Shown one piece after another: positions 1-12,200 of a DNA stretch of 64,000 bases. Where the stretch lies: positions 1,302,001-1,366,000 of the forward strand of contig JANJGN010000052.1 in NCBI GenBank assembly GCA_026770705.1, written 5' to 3'. Source of the stretch: Isurus oxyrinchus. Taxonomy: Eukaryota. The stretch's first letter is position 1. The number at the start of each line of letters is the position of its first letter. The notes under the pieces were generated by a model that worked only from the letters and a program-made list of their open reading frames with translations, was not told where the DNA came from and did no database searches. The position numbers were made by a program, and so were the translations under genes.

Positions 1-193
1 AAGGGGCAATTAGAGATGGGCAATTAATATCGGCCACGCCAGTGACAGCCACATTCGATGAAAGAATTTAAAATCTCACAGCTCAGGAGGAAGCCACTCA
101 GCCCATCGTGCCTGTGCTGGCCCTTTGTAAAAACTGTCCAATTAATCCTAAACAAATGTTTATATTAAAATCAAGTTAAATCTTCAGACTTAC

Positions 194-290
194 TTTCTCA
201 CACAGATGAAGATGAAGATTCCAGCCAGGAAAACACTCAACATGATCCCAGCCGTGAACAATCCTACTGTCCATTTACTGGAGTCTCTAC
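194..290 (-). CDS. Gene C transmembrane exon ([33 protein letters not shown])
   Basis: tttttacag acceptor and gtaag donor, 97 nt, phase 1-2; uncharged hydrophobic stretch; same sequence as 43998-44094. Confidence 0.88.
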
Positions 291-3200
291 CTGTAAAAAC
301 AGCCATTAATTACTGCACTACAGTTTTACAATGATGCTCCGATGTATCTCGAGAAGCGATACACTCACTCAGTGTTTAAATACTCATTCTCGGGCACGCT
401 GACATTTATTGTCCATCCCTAGTTTCCCCTTGAGAAGGTGGTGGGGGGTCTTCCTCCTGAACCACTGGTTTGTCCCAAACTGGGAGACCAGTTCAGAGGG
501 CAGGTAAGAGTTAACCATGTTGGTGTTTGAGACTGGAGTCACATATACACCCAGACCAGTTAAAATGGACAGGTTTCGCTCCCTTAAGATCATTAGTGAC
601 CCATATTATATATGTAATTTCTATATATATGTATCAACTACCCTCCCTCAAATAATCAATTATCACCTCAATTTCACTCTGTTGTTTGTGGGATCTTGCT
701 GTGCACAAATCAGCTGTTGCATTTCCTACATGATGACAGTTAGCTCACTTTGAAACTGCTTCACTGGTTATCGAGCGTTTTGGGAATTCCTAAGTATTTT
801 ATCAACGCAAGTCTTATATTTCGATTTAATCCATGTAACATTTATATATAATATTTATCAATGTGATCCCTATAGCATAAATTTATAATATTTATCAATA
901 TAATCTATGTAACATTTATATATAATTTTTATCCATTTAATCTCTGTAATATTTATATATAATGTTTCTCGATTTAATCCATGTAACATTTATATATAAT
1001 ATTTATCAATGTAATGTATGTAACATTTATATATATTTATTCATTTAATCTGTGTAACATTTATATATAATTTTTATCAATGTAATCTATGTAACATTTA
1101 TATAAAATGTTTCTCGATGCAATCGATGTAACATTTATATATAATATTTATCAATATAATCCATGTAACATTTATATATAATTTTTATCAATGTAATCTA
1201 TGTAACATTTATATAAAATGTTTCTCGATGCAATCGATGTAACATTTATATATAATATTTATCAATATAATCCATGTAACATTTATATATAATATTTATC
1301 AATGTAATCCATGTAACATTTATATATAATTTTTATCAATGTAATCTATGTAACATTTATATATAATATTTATCGACGTAATCTATGTAATATTTATATA
1401 TAATGTTTCTCAATGTAATCTATGTAATGTTTATATATAATATTTAGTCGTTTGGGAGGAGAACCTGAGTATTGCTGAGAAAGGACATTTTGTCAAAGCT
1501 TTCTGTCTTGCACCCAATGAAGCAGCTTATCTGGGGGAGAGGGTTCCAGACTTCCACTCCCCTTTGTGTGAAGAAGTGCTTCCTGCCATCACCCCCTGAA
1601 CGGCCTGGCTCCAATTTGACCAAGTGTTGCCATTGTCACATGAGGTCAGGTGATTCAAAGCTTGGTCAAAGGGGTCAGTTGTAAAGAGCATCTTAGAGGA
1701 GGTAGAGAGAGAGGTGGAGAGGTTGAGGGAGGGAATTCTCGAGTTTAGGGATCAATCCAGCTGAGTGGAGATCGATCCTGAGTGAGTCTCTCACCTTTGA
1801 CCCACAGATACACCTTGAACATGGCTTCCCCGTGTGGGTTTTGAACCGAGCAGGATGCAATCACTCCCCCCTCATCCTGGGGTCTCATCAGGGTGAGGGA
1901 ACCAGTCACCAGATGCCCATCTCTGACCTGCCACGACACAAAACCTCCGTGTGTTTGGTTACCACTGATGTTGGCACTGGGCAGGTGCCAGGTGAGGTTT
2001 CCGGCTGGGTTGGAGGTGGCCACACAGACGCAGGTGACCCCCTCTGATCTCCGAGTGCACTCCGACTGCTGGGAAATCTCCGGCTTATCTGAGGAGGGAA
2101 GGACAACAATGAGACAACGTCACAGCAAAGTTAGAGCGTAAGATAGAATCTTCACACTGAAACACTCATTCCTGCCTTTGTTACCTCCGCACTCGACTAT
2201 CCCAACACTCTCCTGCCCGACCTCCCATCTTCCACTCTCCGTAAACATCAGCTCATCCCAAACTCTGCTGTCCCCATGTCCTAACTCACACCGAGTCCCG
2301 TTCACACATCACTCCCTGTTGGTCACTGAGCTACACTGGCTCCCGGTCCGACAATGCCACAATTTTAAAATTAACATCGTTTCAAATCCCTCCTTACCCC
2401 CTCCCTATCTCTGTTACCTCCTCCAGCCCCTACAACCCTCCTTATCTCTGTAACCTCCTCCAGCCCCTTCAACCCTCCCTATCTCTGTAACCTCATCCAG
2501 CCCCTACAACACTCCCTATCTCTGTAACCTCATCCAGCCCCTACAACCCTCCCTATCTCTGTAACCTCCTCCAGCCTCTACAACCCTCCGAGATCTCTGT
2601 GCACCTCCAATTCCAGCCTCTTGACCTTCCCCCATTCCTATCGCTCCACCATTGGCGGCCGTGCCTTCAGCTGCCTGGATCCTAACCTCTGGAATTCCCT
2701 CCCTCATTTCTCACCTCTTTCGGACAAAATCTGACCACCATCAAAAGCATCTTCCCTTCACCCCCACCCCGTTGGCATTCCACAGGGATCATTCCCTCCA
2801 GGACACCCTGGTCCACTCCTCCATCACCCCTAGCACCTCAACCCTCTCCGATGACATCTTCCCATGTATTTGCAGAAGGTGCAACACCTGCCCCTTTACT
2901 TCCTCCCCCCTCACTGTCCAATGACCCAAACACTCCTTCCAGGTGAAGCAGCGCTTCATGCAGACTTCCTTCAATTTAATCTACTGCATTCACTGCTCCC
3001 AGTGCAGTTTCCTCTACATTGGAGACACCAAACACAGACTGGGTGATCGCTCTGATGAACACCTTCGCTCTGTCCACAAGCATGACCCAGATCTCCCTGT
3101 CGCTTGCCATTTTAACCCCCCACCCTGCTCTCATGCCCACATGTCCGTCCTTGGCCTGCTGCATTGTTCCAGTGAAGCCCAACACAAACTGGAGGAACAG

Positions 3201-6200
3201 CACCTCATCTTCCGACCTGGCACTTTACAGCCTTCCGGACTGAATATTGAGATCAACAATTTCAGATCATGAACTCTCTCCTCGATCTTCACTGCTTTTT
3301 GAACCCTTTTTTTATGTATTCATTTTATTTGTTTTACTGGTTAACTGTTTTCCACTTATTTTTATTATTATTTGAAATTCATTTCCATTTTTATTGATTG
3401 TTTTATCCGCAGATTTTAGTCTATTTTCGATCTTTATTCCCTCCACCGTCCCCTCCCCCTGCGACACCCCCACGAGGGCCATCTGTCTCTTTCCAGAGTG
3501 CTTACCCTGGTCCGCCCATTATCACACTCTGCTTAATGTCACCATTAGCACCTCCTTTATCCAATACCACCACTGTTAACAACCCTTTGACCTTTTGTTT
3601 ATGACATCTTCCACAATCTCTCCATTGCCTCCACCTATCGCTGGTTTTCTATCCAGCTCCACCTGTCCCATCGCCCCCCCTTAGACAGGATATATTTCAC
3701 CACATGTCTACTTCCCTTTAGCTCTGAAGAGGAGTCTTACGGACTCCAAACGCTAACCCTGTCTTTCTCTCCACAGATGCTGCCAGATGCTCAGAATCAG
3801 CTGGATGGACAGAAAGACCAATGAGTGGCTTAGATCAAGAGGAGAGGTTCAGCAATTAAAAGGGTTGTTCAGGACAGTTAGAGAGAGAAAGGTCGACAAG
3901 TACGGAGATTGGAAACGAAGACCTGACAGCCTTGTCCTGACAACCATTGAAGGAGAAACTGAGAGCAAAAACAGAAAGGGAGAGGAAAAATTGGATGTGT
4001 GGATAACGTGGACTGAGCGAGGATTGAAGAAAACTGGATTAAATACAACACGATCCCAATGGCTCCACGGAGACCACGGAGACAACAAACAAACAAATGT
4101 ATCTCCACACTCACATTCCACAGTGATGGTTATGAACCCCTCCACTGCTCCATGTTCATTCTCTGCCACACACTGATAGTCACAACCTGGGCCCCCTCTG
4201 ACCTATCAGGTTGGGATAAACAATCCCAAGGGTCAATACAAGGAAGAGCTCTCCCTGCTCAATATCACTCATTAAAAAAGGACCAGTTTTGTCTTCAACC
4301 CAGTGAAGTTTGTGGGATTTTGCTCTGCACAATGTATCCTATTACAGCTAATATAGAATGAAGGGTGTCCATACTTACATTGCACAGTTAGTATGAGGGT
4401 CCCCTCCGATGAAACAGATGGATATCTCACTCTGCAGCTGAGATTGTGTCCGTGGTGTTTGAGTGATGGGATCAGGGTCAGAACAGAAGTATAGGACAGA
4501 GTGACACCATGCTGAGTTACAGTGTCTGAGACTGATCCAGGTACGTCAGTGGGAGTGTCCCAGGTTAAGACAGGTGCTGCTGTTCCATTGCACGTTGTGT
4601 TGAAGGTGCAGCTTACATCCACACGCTTTCCTGCAATAATTTCAGCAGGGAATATTGTGGGTTTATCTGTGAAATCTAACACACAGAGAATGGATCCTTT
4701 TAGAGAAATATAACGTGAAGCATCAGTTCAAATAGAAACCACAGTCCCACAAGAGAAAGCACTTTTACAAGGATGATATCAGAACTGAGAGATTACAATG
4801 ATCAGGAGAGAATTTCCTATTTTCAGACTTAGTGGATTTTCTGTCACTCAGATGAATTCACTTCCACTTTGAGACAATTGAATTGACAATCCCAGGTGAG
4901 GGTGGGGGAGCAGCTCACAGTTCCTGACACACTGGCTTGTTACTTTCTCCGAAATCTGCCAGATTTAAATTCTATCCAGTTCCCAGCAGGAGAGAATCCA
5001 TTTGAACCAATCACTGAACCGGCATCTAAAGCAGGTGATAAGGATATTGATCACATTGCTGTTTCTGGGAGCTTCCTGTGCAGAAATTGGCTGCTGTGTT
5101 TCCCATATTACAACAAGGGCTACATTTCAGGAATTATTTCATTGGTTGTGAATCCATTTGCGACCGACAGAGGTGGTGAAAGGTGCTAAAGAAATGTGAA
5201 TCATTCTTTTGTCGATATGTAAGACTGTCAAACAGCGTTAGGGAGATCAGTGGGAGTGGATATCCCGAAAACATTGATGGACACAGTCAATACATTTAAT
5301 CATTGATATTAAAGTGAGTATTAGAGGTTGCTTTAGGAATGAACTGGAAGCTATCACCAGGTTATTGAGAATCAGACAGTGTGTTATAATAAGCTGTGTT
5401 TTGTGTTAATATGTAAACATCACAGTTTGTGTTATTTCCCATTGAGTGTTGAATGTGAATTGTTGAGTAATTATAACACAGCACTTACCAGAAACGTGAA
5501 GCTGGGTTACAGGGTAATAGTTATGGCTCGGACCATTGTCAAATTCTATTCTGAAAAAATAAGGTCCTGCATCTTCCCGTGTGATGCTGTTTATAATCAG
5601 GGAACAGTCGCCATCTTTCAGGTCTCCAGACAGCCGGGTCCGATGGTGGAACCGTGGTAACTCGTGACTGTGATCCTTGGAGTGAAAGGCAATGGGAGCC
5701 CAGGGAATATGTTTCTCATTATTAAACCAGACTCCACCTCGCGGTTGGTTTTCCAGACACGATGGATAACTGTAATGACATGGAATCTGTACACACGAAC
5801 CTTCCTGAGCTGTCACCTCTCGTGGAGTGTCACCTTTCCACTCTTGTGACAGTCCAACTGGGGAGAGAAATCTCAATATTTATCTCTGAATGGTTTGTGG
5901 ATCCACTGAACCCGATATTTACAGATGAGGCTGAATTTGGAGGATGGTTAATACTGAGGAGAATGGCAACAAATTATTTTGGCAGGAAGAATAGAAAAAC
6001 AGAATATTATTTAACTGGAGACAGGCTGCAGAATGCAGTACAGAGGGATCTGGGTGTCCTTGTACATGAATCACAGAAAGTCAGCATTCAGGAACAGCAC
6101 GGAATGAGGAAGGCAAGTGGAATGTTGGCCTTTATTGCAAAGGGATGGAGTATAAAAGGAGGGAAGTCTTGCAACAGCTGCACAGGGTGTTGGTGAGATT

Positions 6201-9200
6201 GTAACAGGATCATTGTGTACAGGCAGTTCAGAGAAGCTTCACTGGGCTGATTCCTGGGATTAAAGGGTTTGTCCTGTGAGGAAATGTTGAGCAGGTTGGG
6301 CCTGTATCCATTGGAGTTTAGAAGAATGAGGGGTGACCTTATTGAAATATATCCGATTCCGAGGGGGCTTGACAGGGTGGATGCTGGGAGGATGTTTCCC
6401 CCTCGTGAGGGAATCTAGAACCAGGGAGCACAGTTTCGGAATGAGGGCTCTCCCATTTAAGACTGAGATGAGGAGGAATTTCCTCTCTCAGAGGGGCGCT
6501 AGCCTGTGGAATTCTCTTCCCCAGAGAGCAGTGGAGGCTGGGCCATTGAATAGACTCAAGGCTGAGTGAGGCAGGTTTTTGATCGACAAGGGAGTCAAGG
6601 GTTTGTGGGACAGGCAGGAAAATGGAGTTAAGGCCACAACCAGATCAGCGAGAAAAGGCTCGAGGGGCCGAATGGCCTGCTCCTGTTCCTATTTCTAATG
6701 TTCTTATGTTGTTGTGTTATGAAGAATATTAAAAGAGGGATAAAAGGGATAGCGAGAGAGAGAGAGGGAGAGAGTGAGAGAGAGAGAGTGAGAGAGAGAG
6801 AGATAGAGAGGGAGAGGTGGGGAGAGGTGTAGAGATAAAATTCCAGAGCTCGGGGCCCCAGGCAGCAGAAGGCAGGGCTTCCAATGGCACAACGATGGGA
6901 ATCGGGGGTAGCTCAAGAGACCGGAATTAGAGGAGTGCAGAGATCTCAGAGGATTGTAGGGGCTGGAGGAGGTTACAGAGATAGGGAGGGTTGTAGGGGC
7001 TGGAGGAGGCTCCTGAGATAGGGAGGGTTGCCATGGCTGAAGCAAGAGGTGAGGATTACTGTAATGGGGAGGAAAAATATTCAAAAATTGTGACATTGAG
7101 ACTTTGCTTGACCAGGAGCCAGTCTCGGTCATCGAGCAGAGCGGGTGATAAGGGAATGGGACTTGGTGTGAGTAAGGACGTGGTCAGCAGTTTTGGATAG
7201 CCTCAAGTTTATGGAGTGTAGAGCGTGTGTTGGAACAGTCGAGTCTGGAGGTAATGAAGGTGTGGATGAGGGTTTCAGCAGCAGATGAGCTGAGACAGGG
7301 TGATGTCGTGCGATGTTACGGAGGTGGAAATAGACGGTGTTAGTGAGGGCGCAGATATGAGGCCGGAAGCTCATCTCAGGATCAAATGGGACAACAAAGC
7401 TGTGAACAGATTGGCTTCAATCTCAGAGAGCTGCCAGGGAGAGGAATGGAGTTGGTAGCGAGGGAACAGAGTTTGGAGCGGGGAATGAAGACAATGGCTT
7501 CAGTCTTTCCAATATTTCATTGGAGGGAATTTCTGCCCATCCAGTACTGGATGTTGGATAAGCAGCCTGATAATTTAGCAGCAGTGGAGGAGTCGAGAGA
7601 GGTGGTGGTGAGGTAGAGCTGGGCATCCTCAGTGGACAGGTGAAAACTAACACTGTTCAGATGATGCTGCAAAGCCATTGCAAGTGATTCTCTGGCTACG
7701 ATGAGATGGATAAGAATGGAGCCAGGGGAGAGCAGTCCCACCCAGCTGGACGACAGTGGAGAGGTGTTGGAGGAGGATGGTGTGGTCGAGCATGTCAAAG
7801 GCTGCAGACAGATCGAGAAGGACGAGGAGGGAAAGTTGACCTTTGTCACAGTCACACAGGATGCCATTTGTGACTTTGATAAGAGCTGTTTCAGCACATT
7901 GGCTGGGGTGGGAACCTGATTGAAGGGATTCAAACATGGAGATCCGGGAAAGATGGGAAAGGATTTGGGAGATGGAAACACGTTCAAGGACTTTGCAGGG
8001 GAAAGAGAGGCTGGAGATGGGACGGGGGTTTACACGGACAGTGTGAGGGGTGGAAGGTGTAGTGGGGAGGAGACTCTTCACTCAGGGGGGAGGTGTCATC
8101 ACCCCTCAGCTCGGTTTACGTTACAGCTATGATGTGGATTCAATCACACACAATAAGCTCATGGATCTGGGAGCAGAAATAGACAAATCATTAAAAATAG
8201 TGGCGCTGGTTAACACGGCCAAAAAACAAGCAAATCAAACACTATTATTTCCCATTGAGTGTTGGATGTGAATTGTTGAGTAATTATAACACAGCACTTA
8301 CCAGAAACGTGAAGCTGGGTTTCAGGACGGTCGTTGTATCTATTCCTGCTGTCAAATTCTGTTCCGAATAAATAATATCCTGCATCTTCCCGTCTGACAT
8401 TGTTTATAATCAGGGAACAGTCACCATCTTTCAGGTCTCCAGACAGCCGGGTCCGATGGTGGAACCGTGTTAACTTGTGATTGTGATTCTTGGAGTGAAA
8501 GGCTATAGACCGTTCATTCCATGTTTCCCAATTCCTTCTCATATACCAGATTCCGACTGGTGATCTCGCTACTAAATATGATGGATAACTGTAATTACAT
8601 GGAATCTGTACACACGAACCTTCCTGCGCTGTCACCTCTCGTGGAGTGTTGACTTTCCACACTTGTGATAGTCCAACTACGGAGAGAAATATCAATATTT
8701 AACTCTGAATGTTTTCTCAATCCACTATACTCAATATCCACCCCCTCCATCACTGGGGCACAGTGGCTGCAGTCTGGATAATCCACAGGTCACACAATGA
8801 ATGCCCCAAGGTTTTACCACAGATCGAAGAGAATTCTGGACACAGGAGTGGACAAGTTCATTCTACATTGGCTCATGGCCCTCAGGAACCTATTTAGTGA
8901 AGTCAGTCTGCCACCCAACACAGTGTCTACAAGACGCACTGATTGAAGTGAGTTCACTGCTGATTTACAATGTAGGACAATGGATTTGGAGCCTTCAGAA
9001 TTCCCCCATTATCACCATCATGAATCAGTAATTGGCCTAGCTGTCCTAGATCCTCAGTGTCTAAGGCAGTGGTTCCTATTGTGATGTAAGTATAATAATT
9101 TTCATAATATTTTATAGTATATTGTGAAGTAGGTTTATGGGGGTACGCATGATGGGTCTGCATGTGATTTAAATACATTTGGAGTTAATTAGATTGGAAG

Positions 9201-12200
9201 TTTAAAATGATCAAAAGGAACTAGGTGCTTGACATGCTATTGAGGAAACATGGATGCTGCTTAGCATGGAAGGTATGAAGAGAATTTGCATTTTTATTTC
9301 AATGAAGGGGTTGTTGGATTTCAAAGGAATCTTAGCTTGTTTACAACTAGCCAGATAAGCAAGACTAAGGAATGTGCTTATTTTTCTCAAAGGCTCCTGG
9401 CAATATGGGCACCACAAAAGAATTTGTTATGAGGAAGAGACAGTTTGAAAAACATTTGGAACAATAGAATTTTCATGTTACAAAGAGAGAAATATATATC
9501 TATCAGGGAGAATGAAAGGCTATGTGTCAGAATGCCATGTAAGATCTAACACGAGTATGTGATATAGTCTTAATGAAACCTCAAGCATTTGTGCACAAGC
9601 CTGCTATCCAACAGAACTGAAGTTGGGGAAAAGCCACTTGGAATTCCTCTGTGCAGGGTATTGCTATTGTATTGTGTTAACTTGCTGAGTTGTTTTAAAT
9701 CTAACATCTATTTTTAGTCTGTTGCCTTAAAGGGAGTGTAACTGGGAGTCAGGTTAATTTGGAATTTTAAGAATTATTATAGTGGTAATTGTAGAGTTAT
9801 GTATGTGCTTGAAAGCTTTTATTTTGAGAGCAAGAATTTTAATTTAATTTTCAAATCTCTCAAGGCCTTGGTGTAATTATTGCTTCTGAATTCAGTGCAC
9901 ACATCTCATAATAAATACAAATTTGGAATTTTAAGAATTATTATGGTGGTAATTGTAGAGTTATGTATGTGCTTGAAATCTTTTATTTTGAGAGCAAGAA
10001 TTTTAATTTAATTTTCAAATCTCTAAAGGTCTTGGTGTAATTATTGCTTCTGAATTCAGTGCACACATCTCATAATAAATACAAATTGCAAAATCATTAC
10101 GATAGTGTGACCACCTTTCTCTCATGGACTTGGTCTGCCTGGCACACATTACCTGCCAAGTGATAACACTATTGTAATATGCCTTTCAGGGACAGCAGCA
10201 TGACATCACTCGAGGGGAAGTGTGTCATGTGATTTTAGAACTGGGGATAGCTTAAGTAAGTTCTATGTGTATTTGTGTGTGTTAGGGATAAGGTATATGT
10301 TTAAGTTCAAGTTTAGTTTGATTTCTGTATTTGTGTGTTAAGAAAGGGGGAAACTTCAGTTTTGGTTTCATTTTCGTTTAGCAATCTAATGGGGTTTGAT
10401 GTCTCTTGAAGGAAAGTCAAAACAAACACAATGTGTAAGAAACTGTGCTATTGCTAAGCAACAGTGATCCATAGGGACGGACTCATAGAGACAGAGAAAA
10501 ACAGAAATGTGCTTTCAGTTCTGTTGAAAGGAGTTGCCAGGAGAAGCAGCAAAGGAGCGGGACAGATAGTCAGTCCCAAAGTAAAGAAGAAGCCAAAACT
10601 ATCGAGTGGAACAGGAGAAAGAGCCAAGAAGACCTTCTACTCCAAAGAAGATCAGGAATCTGAAAAAGGTCCTGTTAAGTCGAGATAAGATTGAGGAGCA
10701 GAGGAGGGATCCAAGCTAAAAGAGAAAAAGCAAAAGGACACAGACCTAAAGCAAAAAAGGCTGATTAGAAGCCAGAAGATCATAGGAGACAGCCAAATGT
10801 TGATGTCTTCTTACTATGACCATGTGAAGCCATGGTGTTCCATTGGCATGACTGAGCATTGGAGAGACAACGCGTAGAAGGAAGGCTGAATGCATGTGGC
10901 GATCCAGGGGGCAGGAACATGGGAAGGAGAGTTTGAAATCATGGAAGTGGACCCTTGTGGAAGGTCTCTGAGTGAAAGTGTCATGTTAGAGAAGATTCCA
11001 AAGAGAGTACTTGACGAGTAGAGATTGGAAACTCTCATGTGAAAGATACAGTTTTGTAAGACCAGTTGCCTCATGGTGTAACAAGTGTCTGGAGTCAGTT
11101 GAGTTGAAACCCATAGCATTTGTTCCAATTGGGGTCTATCACTTGGTTACAGAATGTGGTGTCCCTGACCACAGGTCGTCTATTGGTTTGCATGAACTGT
11201 GTACTTAGTGTGAACATGAGAGTATAAGATAGTTATTGTAACTTGTATTCTACTTATGAATCTGTAAATGTATAGGTCTGGGTGAAGGAGTAATGTAATA
11301 TAATCAGTCTTTCCTAGTTTAATAAATGTTTTATTCTTTTGTTAGAAGATCATCAGATGACTCCTGTGACTCTGTTCAGTAGCCGCACTCCACATTCCTA
11401 AATAAAAAATAAAAGTTAGGACCTATCAAGCTGAGCTCCACCCTGGGATCTGACTTGCCCAGTAGTAACATCAGCTGGGATGATAACACCATCCAGTCCA
11501 AGTTTCACTTTGGCCTGTGAGCAGAACACAGCTCACACAGTTTGGCCGCAGGTGTCTCCCAGCTTTCTATCCTTGTTCTCATGTCCCTGTTCTAAATAAA
11601 TGAACCCACAATGCATTTACCCAATTCCGTATCAGTGGCTGGTGCCTTTATATCATTATAAAAACACAACATTGTGATCAGCGGTGGCCAAACATTCTGG
11701 CAGCAAGATTCAGTACAGGTATGATGTGGTGAACAGCCTTAGATCGAGCTACATGACATGAGACGACCCTCGACGCTTCGGTCAGACCAGAACAGAGACA
11801 CAGCATCAGAGAGGGTTGAAATCGCAGTGTACTGACTGCTCAGGAAACCTTTGAAGACACAGTGATGGGACAGAGCACAAGTAAAGAGCTGGGGAGCAGA
11901 CGGATCCCTCGTGGTGAGATTACAGCACACGGCCTGTAGGTCAGTGAGTGGGACAGTGTGTATCGCCAGGACCAGCAGCGGGTTAGCTCAGTCAGGGAAG
12001 GCGAGTGACCAGGGTGTGGGCTGGATCGATAGTGAGCGAGGGAGAGTCAAACACACAAAAACCGTTATAAAAATCAGCCCAGAGAAGTTAGTGATTATAA
12101 CGGGCGGCTTCGAGATTGCTGAACAGCAAATTGAATAAAAAACAAAGACTTCTTTACTCTGTGGTGTGTTCCTGCCACAACCCGTCTCCGTGGGCGGAGC

